Shown here piece after piece: positions 1 through 13,149 of a stretch of 64,000 nucleotides of DNA. Origin of the DNA: Eledone cirrhosa. Taxonomy: Eukaryota. Positions within the stretch are counted from its first letter, which is position 1; every line of letters starts with the position of its first letter. The position numbers and the translations under genes were made by a program. Under the pieces are notes generated by a model that saw only the letters and a list, made by a program, of their open reading frames with translations, searched no databases and was not told the origin of the DNA. The stretch is from assembly GCA_964016885.1 (NCBI GenBank), contig OZ024740.1, positions 407,526,001 to 407,590,000 on the forward strand. The letters run 5' to 3'.

Positions 1-2622
1 TTCACCATTGAGGCAGAATATCTGGAGATGTCGCAGCCTCAACGCATGTCTGCGCATCATTAGCCACGGCATGCCCAGCCCTCCGTGTAGAGGGTGCTGG
101 CAGCAGATGGACCGCCTCACCAACGGAACTTGTCCCCTCCACAAGAATTTGAAGAGGAGCCGTTCCAACTTGACGAGGCGCGGACGGGGGCAAGGTACGA
201 CGATTAGGCGGTAATAGATGACGGACGCGATTTACGCATTCGCCACCTCCGCGCGACCTTTCAGTGATAGCTTCCTTCCAGCCCATTTTTGGGTGAGCCT
301 GGCTACTCTGCTCGTTACCTCGTCCCAATTCTTTTCCACCTGGAGGTCTGGTCCAAACCAAACCCCGAGCAACTTTACTGGTCCGTCCGTCCAGCGCCCC
401 ACGACGCTGTTGGACGGCATGGGCTTGCCTCTCCAGGTTCCGAGCTGCAAGCCCACCGACTTTTCCGGGTTAAGTTTGGCTCCTGTCAACCTTTCATATT
501 CTTTCAATAAGGTGCCGACCACCTCGATTTCTGAGGTGTTTGACACCATCACGGTGATGTCGTCCGCATAAGCCGACACCGCCTTTCCACGTCCCGGTTC
601 GAGCGGGATGCCCTGCAACAGCTCCAGCTTCCGCAGTAAAGGCTCGAGAGTCAATACGTACAGAAGGGAAGAGAGAGGGCACCCTTGACGGACCGATCGG
701 GAGAGCCGAAATGGTTCCGAGAGGTGGCCATTAACTTTGACCACCGAGTGTGTGCCGCTGTGCATTGCAACGATCCAGCTTCTAAAGACAGGGCCGAAGC
801 CAGCTGCTTTGAGGACAAACTCCAGATACCGATGGTCGACCCTATCGAATGCTTTTGATTGATCTAAATTGATCAGTGCCCCACCGAAGCCAGGTTTACA
901 CCCTACCCTCTCTATGATGTATCGCATGAGGTGGAGATTGTCGTGTATGGACCTGGCTGGGATTGCGCAAGTTTGCACCTCCCCAACCAAATCCTCGACG
1001 ACAAGCGCCAATCTCTTTGCTAACACCTTGGCCAAAATCTTAAACTCTGTGTTGAGCAGAGTTATGGGCCTGAAGTTGTCTAATGTATCCCTCTTGTTCT
1101 CGTCTTTCCTTATCAGCGTCACCACTCCCCTGCTCACAGAACTGGGAATACTCCCATTCTGCTGCCAGTTACAGTAGAGTGCTTCAAGGAGTTCGGAGAA
1201 CAAGTCTGGCATATTTACGTAAAGCTCGTAGGGCAGGCCATCCAAGCCTGGTGACTTGCGCCTCATGCAGCCGACAAGGGCGTCCTGAATTTCGGCTGAA
1301 GTAATCGGCCTTTCGCAGCGCTCAGCGTCGACCGTCGAGATGCGCGGCAAGCCGTCAAGGTAGGGACTGAAATCCGCTACTCTCTCTGACCCGCCACTCT
1401 CCCCGAACAACCGAGAAAAGTGCTGGCGAAAGGCCTCACACATCCGCTTGGAATCACTTATCTCGTGTCCGTCTCGGTCCGCCAAAGACCGAATTGTGGT
1501 TTTATTACCACGCTGCGCCTCCGCCACGCGGGCCCATCGAACAGCTTTAGTTCCCTCGTTTCTCAGTGCACGCGCCTTAGCTCTGACAATGCAACCTTCG
1601 TGTTTGGCATTGAAGAAATGGTCTAATGCCATTCTCGCCGCTAGCACGTCAGTTGCGATGCCACTACAAATAGCCTCGTCTAACTTATCTACCAGCTCCC
1701 CCTCCTTTCTATTTTTCTCTAACGCTAGTTCTTTGCTGAACTCTATCGAAGTTACTCTAATCTCTCTTTTGAGAGCCCCCCACCATCTGTTGTTGATGAT
1801 CCCCCCTGTCAACTTTTGCTTAACTAACTTATTGACTCGGTCCCTGTAAGCCTTACGTGCCGGAAATGACATGTTCAGCTTCCAGTAACCCGGTCCTAAC
1901 CTACGCGTTTTATTTAGGTCGACCGTACAGATCACAAATTTGTGATCTGAATAGGCGACCGTTTTAAAAAGTGGACAGCCCACACTATTTCTATCTATTT
2001 TCCTAATGAAGATTCTGTCTATATACGATCTAGATGACCCCATTCGGTTGGTCCATGTCCATACTGGCACATTGGGGAAATCTAGTCGATACCTGTCAGA
2101 CAGTTGGAACTGGCTGAGTAGGTGCTTGAGGCTTTTGCACCCCCCGCTCCTATCGGCTACTCCCACACAATCCCAGCGTGCGTCTAAGATGCCATTCCAG
2201 TCCCCCGCTAACAGTAAAGGGCGAGACGTACCCAGAAAGGTCTCCAGGCGCCTAAAGAAGTCAGGTCGTCCGGCCCCTGTAGGGGCGTAGGCGGCCAGCA
2301 GTCTAAAGGCACCACCTTCGCTACTGCTCACATCCAAGACCACCAACTTACCGTCCGGGTCCCGGAAGATCGACCTTACCTCGAGATCCAGTCCTTTCCT
2401 AAACAGCACTGCCACCCCACCCCCCATTCCCGGCCTGCTAACAGATGCGAAGATCTGATAGTCGTCGAAAATGGGGGCTAGTGCACGCGTGTCGGAAATT
2501 CTGGTCTCGCTTACGGCAATCACATCCATTTCCAGCGACTGGAGGTCGTTGAGCAGGCGACCCTGCTTCCAGGGTGACCCCAGGCCGCGAACATTTAAAC
2601 TTCCTACTCTTAATATGGCCAT
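1..2622 (-). CDS. Tx1-type ORF2 (APE endonuclease + reverse transcriptase); in-frame TAA at 232-234
   Basis: Motifs SLNVRGL, SET, GDWN, YIDRIF, YSDH, KSPGLDG, DQSKAFDRV, RQGCPLS, AYADD. The same frame continues after the stop (IASVIYYRL...FLWRG...GGLGMP). Confidence 0.9.
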
Positions 2623-2631
2623 ATTGGTAAG

Positions 2632-4607
2632 CTAAGAGAGAGAGAGGGAAGGTTTACTTACCTCCCGGGTCTTGTGAAGGTCGGGTGGTTCGACCTCCAT
2701 GGTTGGTGGGGTTTCTTTTGGGAACCCCTTTAAAAGTCTTGATGTGGGTTTCACATTCGGGTTTCCCACGTCTTGAGGAAAGCTCTCTCGAATTTCTTTG
2801 AAAGAATTGAGTGACATTCGGACCAGAAGCAAATCTTCTGGCATGCAAAATGTGCTCATTTCAAAAATCTCCCCCTCTGTTTGAATGTCCTCGCTTCGCG
2901 CTAAGAGGGCCATCAGTTTATCGTTGGCCCTTCTGACAAGCACAAAGTTTTTAAACATTTTGTTGGTGTGGTTTTATTTGTTTTCGTTTTGGTGAAGGTG
3001 GTGGCGATGGTTTTGGTGGTGTTGTTTCGGGTATGTCTATGTTTGTTGTAGGTGTGGTGTCTGCAATTTCAGGTATTTGTGTGTTTATTTGTACTTGTGT
3101 TTGTTTAGGTTGTTTGCGTTTCGGGGATTGTGGAGGTGGTGTCGATGTTGCTGATGGTGCTGATGTTATTGGGGAAGTGTCTGCGTTAGTGGTGTCTGTA
3201 TTTTTTGTTGTGTGTGTTTTTGTGTTTTGTAGGGGCTTTTTTTTTTGTGTGAGTTTTCTCTGTTTTTTTGCACTTTTGGGTTTTCCTTCATCTTCGCTGC
3301 TGGAAGACAAAGGGTCTGTGTCTGTGAGTGTCTCTGTGTCTGTGTGTGCGTTTATTTTTTTTTTGTCTATGTATATAGTTGGGGGGGGGGGTAGGGGGAG
3401 TGGGAGAGCTTTCCTTGTTTTCTCCTTGGATTGGTTTTGGTGTTGGTGGTGATCCGGCTGCTTTTGATGTTGGTGTCCGTGTTTTTGTTGATGTTGTTTT
3501 TGGTGGTGGTGGTGGTGCAGCTTTCCGTGCTGACACTGGCGTTGGCAACAAAGGAGGTTTGCGACCCCCTGCATTTTTGCGCTGAGGGCAGAAGGCTTGA
3601 AGATGCGTGGCTTCCCCGCAAACGAAGCAGCGTGGCCTTCTTCCGTCAATCATGAGTTGGATTGTTGTCCCGTCCTGCAGGCGGGCAAAATCTGGGATGT
3701 TATTTATATCCTCCGGTTTCATTTGGAGAAGAATCTCCAAATCCATTCCGGACCAGTCTTCTCTCTCTGTCCTTTTGATGTCCAGGAGGGTGGTGTCTGT
3801 CCCCTCCTCGATTACGCATCCCAGCAGCCACCATATGTTCATTCCTGGTGGGATGCTGGGAATGCGTACCTTCACTGTCCTTTTACCCATATAGGACGGA
3901 TGCATGATAATGCGTTCCGTTCTGCAGGGGATCACCGAGTGCTTAATAGCGAGGGCCTCGGATTTGAACAGTACCGAGATGGTACCGAACTGTTTGCCTC
4001 TTGCTTTGTACTCTATGTTACTTCCGATGTACTCCAACGCAGCCTCTACCTCTGCTTGGCTCGCAAGTTCCACTTTTTGTGTCTGCACCGAAATACATCG
4101 AAAGAGCACCGTCCTCCTTTGCATGGCCGCTATTGCCTCGTCCGGGATGGTCAGGTTTGCCCAGGACTTCTCCCGTTTAATTAGCCTCCACGCTTTGGCT
4201 AACTGTTCGTCTTTATCGCTAATATCAATATCGATATTCAATAAGCGCTTTGTTTTTGCTGCTGCTGCTGCAGCAAATGTGGTGTTTCTGATGCTCTTAT
4301 TGTTGTTGTTGTCATTCTTGCTGTTGCCACCGCCATCCTTGTTTACATTGAAGCTGTCGGTGTTTTTGTCGTTATTGCTCTGAGTTGTTGTTGTGGTGGT
4401 GATGGTGGTGGCGGTGATGTCGTTTTCAGATGATACTGCTGCTATGCCAGAAGATTGTGATGGTAGCTTTTTAGTTTTGCCTTCACATTCAGTAGAGTGG
4501 ATGACAGGCATGACTGTAGCCGTCGTAGTCGTGGTGAAATCTGCAGTGGCTGCCTTTAAACTTTTGACCTGAACGTTGTTTACTGTTTCAAGGTCGAAAA
4601 TTTCCAT
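2632..4607 (-). CDS. Tx1-type ORF1 (CCHC zinc knuckle, long Pro/Thr/Lys-rich C-terminal region), frameshifted
   Basis: CFVCGEATHLQAFCP knuckle. The ORF is split over three overlapping frames (3288-4607, 2951-3649, 2632-2958), with homopolymer runs near the shifts. Confidence 0.75.
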
Positions 4608-6817
4608 AATTTTCTTTTGGTGGGGAAGCGATTTTTTTTTCGAAGATTTTAAAAATAAATCTGAATATTCGGGCTTAAAGCCTGAATATTGAGAGGTATC
4701 CCTCTCTTTAAATCAAGATGTGTACCTTAAGTTTCGTTAATGACAAGAAAATACAAAAAAAAGACACTTTAAAACAGCTTAAATCTACGAACCGTTTCCC
4801 CCGCAGACTTGTCTGTCTTCACACATGTGCGGCCATATAATAATAATAATAATAATGATGATTGTCCTACCAATGTTTAGGTTGGAAATCAGTCAAATGT
4901 GTCTCATCAGTGTGGGTCATTGCCCCCACCCCCCACTGCTATATATCATTAACTTATAAAAAAAACCCAATAGGTTCAGCTTTCAGTGTTTAATTATTAA
5001 TAAACACACCTCATTTTGTTCTACTTTACTCAATTCACAGAATCATTTCTTAATTTTCTTTTTTGTTTGAAAAATACAGATTTCAGTTATTGCTATCGTT
5101 TTTCTGTATTTTCAATTTATTTGCAAGACTTATCTAAATAGACTTACAGGTTATTCATTCCAAAACCATTTATCATTTCCTTTGGTTTCAGCTTTATTTG
5201 TTGATTTAGAATTTGGATTGTTATTTTCTTTCTTATTGACAATTTTCAGATGTTTCTATTTTCTTTGAAAATTCCATACATCACAATATTACTTAACTCT
5301 TTATCATTTGGAAGTATGAAGGTATGAGCTGGCACAGCCCATTAACTTTCAAGTGGTTTATCATTGGTTGTACTGCAGCAGTATTACAACTAAAACCTTC
5401 AAAGTTTCTACAACTTCAGAATTTCTAATGATTGAATTTCAATGAATGACATCACATGAAATTAATATAGTTCAGTCTAAACAACAAGAAGTAGATATCT
5501 ATAGAAAAATATAGGCAAGTAAGGGATATCAGTATGTAACAGTTCTTGGAATGAAGAATTAGGAAAGGGGTTCAGTAAAGAATTTAGGAGATAAGGTATA
5601 GTAGGGGTGAAAGAGGAAGAGTGATAAGTATGTTGGGAGGGTCTAGACAGAGGGAGATATGTAGCTAACTAGTTTAGAGGAATAGAGACTGTTGCAGTAA
5701 CAATAGAAAAGGCAGTGCACTTGTGAATTAGAAACTTATTGGTGAGTGAACCATTGGAAATCAATCATATGGTCTTATTCAGAATCTATGAAGTAATAAA
5801 CTGTTTTTATTTAGCTAAAAGTGAATGTTTAGCTGAATAGAGTAGACATTTCAAATAAAAATATATATAAAAATATAAACTTTAGTATGAATGAAATAAT
5901 ATGCAACTTCAAAAGTACTATTTTACAATTTATGTTTTGTAATTTTTGAAAACAAAAATAAGGTTAAATATTTAAATATGTAAAGAGAATGAAAAGAACT
6001 TTTATATAACAGGAAAACTGCAAAATGATAGAATAGAAAATATATATAACATTTAACATATACATCAAAATATGCATTTCAAAGAAGGCCATTTATTCTC
6101 TCTCAAATAAATTTCATATATTTTAATATTTTTAACAAAAAGGAAAGGTAAGTTGTTTTCATAAAAATGAAAATCAGTTAGTTATTTATGTGTTCAAAAT
6201 TAAATATGTAGAACTAATATTTTTTCTGGTTTTAATAAATATTATATTGCATAAAAGTTAACAATATTTATGAAAATATATTTTGTTATACAAAATAGAA
6301 ATGATTTTATCAACAATTTGTTTTTAAAAATAAAGTTGTTTGATAGACAAGACATTCAGAAATAAGCAATGGCATTTACTTTAAAGAAATTGCAAGATCA
6401 ATAAAAGCTTTTCAGTACACAAAACATTCTATAATATCTCCAACATACTTCAAGTATTTGGAAACAGCTTATTCAATTCTGCAGGAGTTTAATTAATGGA
6501 TGGCTTAAAAATAAAACTTAATTTCATTACACGTATCTAAGCAACAGAAAATGAACCTTTGAATAAGCATTATTGGGATTAGATCTTTTGTGCCTTTTAT
6601 TAAAGTTGAGATAATAAAAATATCTTTTCCTCTGGTTGAAACCAATACAATTCAATTTTCTTTGATTATGAGTGACTGGTTATTTTGAAGTAGATGCATG
6701 TAAAAGATACAGTTTTAAGTTAATGAATGAAATATTGGTGATATTAATATTGTAAAGCTGCTTTATGTAGATGCACCCTAGTGTTATAAAGTGATGTAGA
6801 TGCACCCTAGTGTCACA

Positions 6818-7040
6818 ATAAAATGCACTTAGCCCACTTTGTAAAGTTGTAGTGTTGGTACTATGATAAAATGCACTCGGCCCACTCTGTAAGGTGATAG
6901 TACTGGTGCTATAATAAAATGCATTTAGCCCACTCTGAAAGTAGTAGTAGGGGTGCTATAATAAAACGCCCCCAGCCCACTCTACACAGTGGACTGAGTA
7001 TATTTTATTGTAACACTAGCACTACCACTTTGTAAAGTGG
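6818..7040 (+). repeat. ~48-bp tandem repeat (4 units) plus one inverted unit, related to the RTE/SINE 3' module
   Basis: Units ATAAAATGCACT..GCCCACT.TGTAA start at 6818, 6866, 6914 and 6961. Confidence 0.75.
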
Positions 7041-7749
7041 TACTCTACTAGCTCTGTTATTCTGACTGTCACATCTTTCTACCAGGTCTGCCGCTCTATT
7101 ACACTGCTATCTCTGTTAATCTGATGATTCTACCAGTCTGATAGTTCTGCCTCTCTACTAGGTCTACCATTCTACCACTTCTACCAGTTCTGTGACTGTA
7201 CTAGTCCTGATAACTCACTGTGCTTAATAAAGGAGCCTTTTTGTTGTAACTTGATCTGCTAGTAAGAGAATATAAATCTCTCTTTCTCTCTCTTAAATCA
7301 CACCCTACCATCTTAAAAAGAAAAATGAAGAGCACAATAGATATTGTAGTCTTAGATACCACCTAAAACACAGTATGGATTCAACTGGAATGCCTTCAAT
7401 CATAGGTCTGATTGATTAATGCTCACCTGGACTAAATAACAACAATAACTTAATTAAGATACAGAAGCTCAGATGATCATCCAGCCCTAAATTCTTGTCT
7501 AATTGCCTCAAAGACAAATGTTAAGGTACATAAGCTGCAGCAAGACTTAGAAAGAAGACACTAATTGCTATCTCCATATATAATCTGAACAACTCTCATG
7601 AATCATTCATCAATGTCTATTTTTTTTCAAAAGACAACTGTAAGATATACATGTTTGTAGTATATCTTGCAATTTTCTCATTTAACATATATCATTTATA
7701 GACTTGTAGTTAAGTATTCAGTTTTAAAAAATAACCCTTTTATTTGCTT

Positions 7750-8192
7750 CTACCAAGGATGCAAGCATCTGTAACTACATGGTTCTTGGTTCAATGCTCC
7801 TGTACTGCATTTTATGCAAGTTTTTTTCACTATAGTCTTTAGCTGATCAATACCATGTGAGTGATAATTGGTAGATGGAAACAGTGCAGGGGCCTGTCAT
7901 ATATGTGTTTTGAAGCCTCCATTCCACACTGTAAAGTGGTCATAAGGGCAACACGGCAACAAGCATACAGTCTGCAGTGTAAAGTGGTCATGTAGGTGTC
8001 AAAACAAAAATCATTCAGTACTCACTGTAAATGTGGTTGGCATTAGGAAGGGCATCCAGCTATAGAAACCAGGCCAACATCAGTTCTGTATGAACAAGAC
8101 ATGGTCACCTGACCGGAATTGCTCACAAAAGGATAACTCATCTAACCCATGCTAGTGTGGAAAAATGGATGTTAAACGGTGATGATGATGAT
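7750..8192 (+). mobile_element. Degenerate SINE with RTE-type tail
   Basis: GGTTGGCATTAGGAAGGGCATCCAGCT module and AACCCATGCTAG...(GAT)n end. Confidence 0.6.
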
Positions 8193-8329
8193 AACAGGGT
8201 GAATAACCTGTTTGATCACAAATGAACATGAGTTTTGTATGTAGAGAGTTCCCATTCAAAGCACAAGACCAGGCAATTTGTTTTGTGGAAGACCAACAGT
8301 TGTCCATGTATACTAGTCTCCTCTCTTCA

Positions 8330-8535
8330 CACCACCAATGTCATCTAAAGAAAAGGCAAAGATCGATACTATTTGGCACTACTGACACTGCAACTAATAT
8401 CTACAGCTGAGTGAAACTGAACAATGTGAAATAAAGTGTCTTGCTCAAGAAGAAAATGCATCACCTGGTCCAAGCATTGAACTCACAACCTCACGATTGT
8501 GTGCCCAAAGCTCCACCCACTAGGCCACATGCCTT
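8330..8535 (-). mobile_element. tRNA-head/CORE-like SINE 5' part
   Basis: Similar to the SINE head at 13880-14016. Confidence 0.55.
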
Positions 8536-8882
8536 TGTATACATACATACATACATACATATATATATATTTTCACTGCTAATATATATAATGCATGTGT
8601 GAGTGTATGTCCCGCCCCCCTCTCTCTCTATATATATTTGAATGTTTATATCAGCACATTTAAACAGAATACCCTGTGGTCAAATTAGCTCCATTTACAA
8701 CAATATTTACATTGCATTTTAGATCTGAGAATGATGAAATATGAACCAGAAAAAGTACTATGGTTAATATTATTGACTAAAAATCCTCACAAATTGATGT
8801 CACAGCATGGCCACAGCCTAACAGGTGAAATCAATAAAGAAATAAAAGAGTAAAAGAAGAAACCCACCTTCACAATTTAAAT

Positions 8883-9072
8883 AATTGTTTCTACTTTTGG
8901 CACAAGGCCAGCAATTATCCCAGTATATTACTAGTACTTTATTTTATCGACCCCGTAAGGATGAAAGGCAAAGTTAACCTCAACGGGATTTGAACTCAGA
9001 CCATAAAGGACCGTAGCTCTTTGCTGCAAAGCATGGCGTCCGACCCTCTACTGATACTGCCAATCCACTGCC
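8883..9072 (-). mobile_element. SINE family 2 (Meta-SINE-like central domain)
   Basis: GCCTTTCATCCTTACGGGGTCGATAAAATAAAGTAC domain shared with the copies at 23692, 37289, 55406 and 59915. Confidence 0.8.
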
Positions 9073-9719
9073 ACAATTTAAATAATAAACTTGAATAACT
9101 CCATTTTATTCTGTCTAGTGATTCCTCTTATTCTTATAGTCATTGAGAACAATGCAATTATACTTCTCATTGTGTGTATACCTTCCCACACTCTAATTAA
9201 TTTTCAGGCTAGTGTATGATCAACCCATATTCAATATCTCAGTAACTATTTCTAAAGTTGGTCTGGTTTTCCTTTTTCCAACACATCATTAATTGGTTCT
9301 CCAGCTTTACAGCCAATCTCTGCTGATTTCACCTTATACCCACTCTATGCCATTCACATCTATTGCTTAGGAACCAACTTTAGCTTATTTCAATTATGAT
9401 GCCATTTATTCAAAAGAAAGAAGACTATATATGGTTTGAAGAGGACAGCAAAGTTAAATATTACATTATTTTGTATGGTATTAACAGTAATTGGCTGTGT
9501 GTATCTAGTTTAGAATAGCTACACAATATATCCACATGTTGTAAGAAGCAACCAAAAGGGTTGGTGCAAGGAAATTCATTCAGCTGTAAAACATTGCCAC
9601 AAAAAAGACCCCCTGTAGGCTTACAAGGCTATCTCCTGCTCTATCAAGGGAAATGGCCTTAAAATGCTGAGGAATTTTAGTTCTTAGCCTTCATTGCTAA
9701 TGGCTCTGTGAAACATACA

Positions 9720-9920
9720 AAGTCCACAAATTTGTATGCTATTGTAGTGGAACTATGTCGCCCCTTGCAATAGCAACATTTTCATATGCAATAAGGTCAA
9801 ACTGACCAATGAGAAGTTGCGTATGAATACATGGTCAATCTCTGGTGAAAAACCTCAGATAGCACCCGAGAGACCAGACAGACGGACAGACAGAGCTGAC
9901 CAATAGATGATACAGACGTG
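9720..9920 (+). mobile_element. Possible DINE/Helentron-like non-autonomous remnant
   Basis: CAGACAGACGGACAGACAG microsatellite core near the end; termini not resolved. Confidence 0.3.
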
Positions 9921-10543
9921 TGAAGAATTATTATAAAATGACTCCTACATTCCTTTCGAAAAATAAAATTATATTTATAGAGTATTGAGCGTTAAAGAGC
10001 TATTTGTTTATATCCTGGAAGTCATAACCATTTGCTACCAATAAGAAGCTACCAACTCTTCGATTAAGGTATTTCACTTATATCGCTTATAAAAACAAGA
10101 TCCTTCGAAGACTGATAACATGCAATTATAAAAAGATATAGATAAAATTTAACCCCTCATCCTATCTATACTATCAATAAACTATATGTATTTAAAAAAA
10201 ATAATTTCCCCCTGTATTCAATTTTTAATTAATTAGGATTTACAAAGAGTTGTTTTGTACATGAAAGTATTATAGATTACTTAGTGACAGCACTAACACA
10301 GTGAGATTCAGAGTAAAGGTCTTTATAAACCCACATATCACAGCTATTTCAGTAGCCAAGATAGGAGGCAGGGCCAGATATTGACCATGGGGGCCCCAGA
10401 GTACTACTGGGAAGGTACCCCTCCTCCTTACACAAAAATTATAATACACAGCAAGCCCACAAAATTCCATATCACCTCTGTTTATAGCATGTAATTGGAA
10501 TTGATAAGTTATACATAGAAATGTTAAATACAAAAAACTGACC

Positions 10544-10785
10544 ATCATCATCATCGTTTAACGTCCATCTTCCACACTTGCATGGGTTTGGATGGGAATT
10601 TTCCCACTTGAGGCAAGATTGGTTGTCTTGCTCGTATAGGACTGTCTGGCGGGTTTTCTACGGCTGGATGCCCTTCCTAACACCAACCACGTTTACAGTG
10701 TGGACTGGGAGGTTTTTACCGTGTTACCTACATGGCCACATTACAGCGTGGACTGTGTGTTTTTTTGTCGTGACACCTACGTGAC
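10544..10785 (-). mobile_element. RTE subfamily C 3' UTR fragment
   Basis: Matches 26917-27280; (CAT)n tail. Confidence 0.8.
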
Positions 10786-10974
10786 CAGTAATACATAAAT
10801 GTAATGTGGAAATAGAGATACATACATAAACGTTAAATGGAAATATATGTAATATATACACAATAGGTAAATGTTAAATATTATATATATAAATGTACTG
10901 ACATGTTAGTGGCAAGGCTGCCACAAAGACTTTAGCAAATATAAGTATCAAATCCACCATAATAAGGTTACTAA

Positions 10975-11750
10975 ATTAGATTTTCCCATTTGCATGTTGA
11001 TGGAAGAAAAAAAGGGTCTTTAACCTATGTATGAAGCTGAAATAACTGACAGCTTCACTACAGAAAGAGGCAGCAACCTGTTCAACTAGATTCAATGAGT
11101 TAGCAGCACAAGGGATGAAAACAGCTGCTGGGTTCTTATCCTTAAGTCTGGGTTGTATTCCTATGTAGTGACCAGACATATTGCTGGCAATGTCATAGAA
11201 CTGCCCTCTGCAGTCTTCAAAATCAGTTCTTTTAAAAATTATAGCAGAGAAATAGCTAGTACTTCAACCTTGTGAGGGTCAGTCTGCAGGAAAGTAAAAT
11301 ACATTTTTACCGGGTTACGAGAAACAACATATTGCACAATAACTATTAACTGATCAACATGCGCCAGGATAGCTGTCAAATCTACTAAAACTGAGAGGTA
11401 TCATATTTGATAGCATATAATACCCTCTGTCTCATTCCCATTTCATCAGAGAATATTTAGAAAATAGCCTTCTTTTTTTGGGGGGGGGGGGTATATGTTA
11501 TCAAATCTAGTACCTGGAAGTTTCAATTTCTGCCATATGTGATTCGTAACATATTTTTCCATCAACAGAACAATTTTTTCGTCACATATTATTGGTGATA
11601 AATATGACTGCTTACCACTTCCAAGGTTGTAAAATCCTTTCAAGTATTTCATCAGAAATAAATTAAATTGTGCAATAACATCCATAATTCCTAAAATAAA
11701 TTCCTGCTGTATTTAGATTTTATAATCTCTTCTCTACCTATAAATGCCAT
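10975..11750 (-). pseudogene. Degenerate hAT (ZMYM1/DUF4371-like) transposase remnant
   Basis: NMSGHYIGIQPRLKDKNPAAVFIPCAANSLNLV and GSGKQSYLSPIICDE resemble hAT catalytic-region motifs. Confidence 0.7.
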
Positions 11751-12353
11751 GCTACTCTCAGTGAGAATTATTGTCAAAGCCACAACAATCAGTCTAGTAT
11801 TTCTTGTTTCCCTGTCAAAATAAGAAGAGTTCCTACATTAAAGATTGAACTTGACCTAGGGTTTGTTCCTAAAGTTTTAGAATTTTCTCCAGAATTGCTG
11901 ATGCCCCAAGCAAACTAAATGTTAATACTTTTGCAAGAACCTATGATAATAAAACACGATGGTCACTTCACAACCACTTTGGGTAACATGGAAGTGATAA
12001 AGCAGAATAGTGGAAAAAAACAAAAAAAAAAACAAAAACAAAAAACAAACAGAAGTGCTCTTTTCATAGTTTTCTTAAATCCTCTTCACCTTTGTCAACA
12101 CATTAATGTTCTGAGATAAGTAGTATACATTGGATATTCATTATTGTCAACATATATACATGAATGAAGATGATGATGATGAATACAGAAAGACAGACAT
12201 TTATACATACATACACACTTACACACACACACACACACACACATATATATGTGTGTGTGTGTGCAAAAAAATAAACAAAAATAACAAAGCGAATGACACA
12301 GTACAATGATGAAATATATTAGTTTAATGCTTGATGTAGTAGGAAAGACGGTT

Positions 12354-12385
12354 TAACATTTTGGACTCTAGCCCTTCATCAGAAG
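12354..12385 (-). ncRNA. Decayed hammerhead-like motif
   Basis: Minus strand CTGATGA-A-GGGCTAGAGTCC-AAAATGTTA; CAAAATG is consistent with CpG decay of CGAAACG. Stem I is not evident. Confidence 0.35.
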
Positions 12386-12554
12386 ATAGAATGAGAAATA
12401 AAAGATGAAATAGAAAGAAAGAGATTGAGAAGTTTGAATTCTTTAAACATTGTTAATGCATCATTAAAAGTAATAAATTATCTGAAATCTTTCAATAATA
12501 ATACAGTTGTTAGAAACCATGCCCAAAATGTAACATATGAATGCGGTACGGTTA

Positions 12555-12790
12555 TCTGGCATGCATGATAGGGACTGGGGTGGTGGCACCTCCACGACAA
12601 AAAAGCACCCAGTTCACACTGTAAAGTGGACGTGTAGGCGCCACGGAAAAAAAGCACCAAGCATTCACTGTAAATGAGGTTGGTGTTAGGAAAGGCATCA
12701 AGCTGTAGAAATCAAGCCAGAATCAGTTCCCGTCCCACCCTTGCAAGCAGGGAAAAGCGGACATAAAATGATGATGATGATGATGATGAT
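12555..12790 (+). mobile_element. 5'-truncated SINE family 1 (RTE tail)
   Basis: Same body and tail as 13639-14016, opposite orientation. Confidence 0.75.
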
Positions 12791-13092
12791 ATATTTAAAA
12801 AAAAAGAAAAGAATGACTTCACTTGTAGTGTTAAAAAAACTTTTTATTTTTTATTTTGGATTTAATTTTATAATATTATAATATTATGAGTTGGTAGATC
12901 CAGTAAGTTCTTTGTTAACTTCGATGGGAAGAATTTTAGAGATTCCTGGTTAACTTGGGTTGGAAAACTTTCTCGCATTCATCTGTCTGTGGCGATTGTC
13001 AAACTGAGATCGTATATATATATATATATATATATATATGTAAGTATGTATGTATACGTACATACATATATGTATACAGACGTACAGTAGCA

Positions 13093-13135
<43 letters not shown>

Positions 13136-13149
13136 GTACACATATATAT

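Larger units (their letters stand above)
1..4834 (-). mobile_element. Tx1/L1-clade non-LTR retrotransposon, 5'-intact, runs off the left window edge
   Basis: ORF1 with a CCHC knuckle is followed by ORF2 with APE endonuclease and RT. The 5' UTR starts at about GGCCGCACATGTGTGAAGAC, next to a (TTA)n tract. Confidence 0.92.

Noticed and set aside
218-4383. Plus-strand ORFs over the Tx1 element (and antisense ORFs over RTE copies)
   Set aside because: Shadow frames with no recognisable motifs.
5150-5256. Possible terminal host exon (KHLKIVNKKENN...WFWNE*)
   Set aside because: Weak acceptor; no independent support.
6818-6991. CRISPR-like regular repeats
   Set aside because: Contiguous diverged tandem units, no unique spacers, no cas genes, eukaryotic context.
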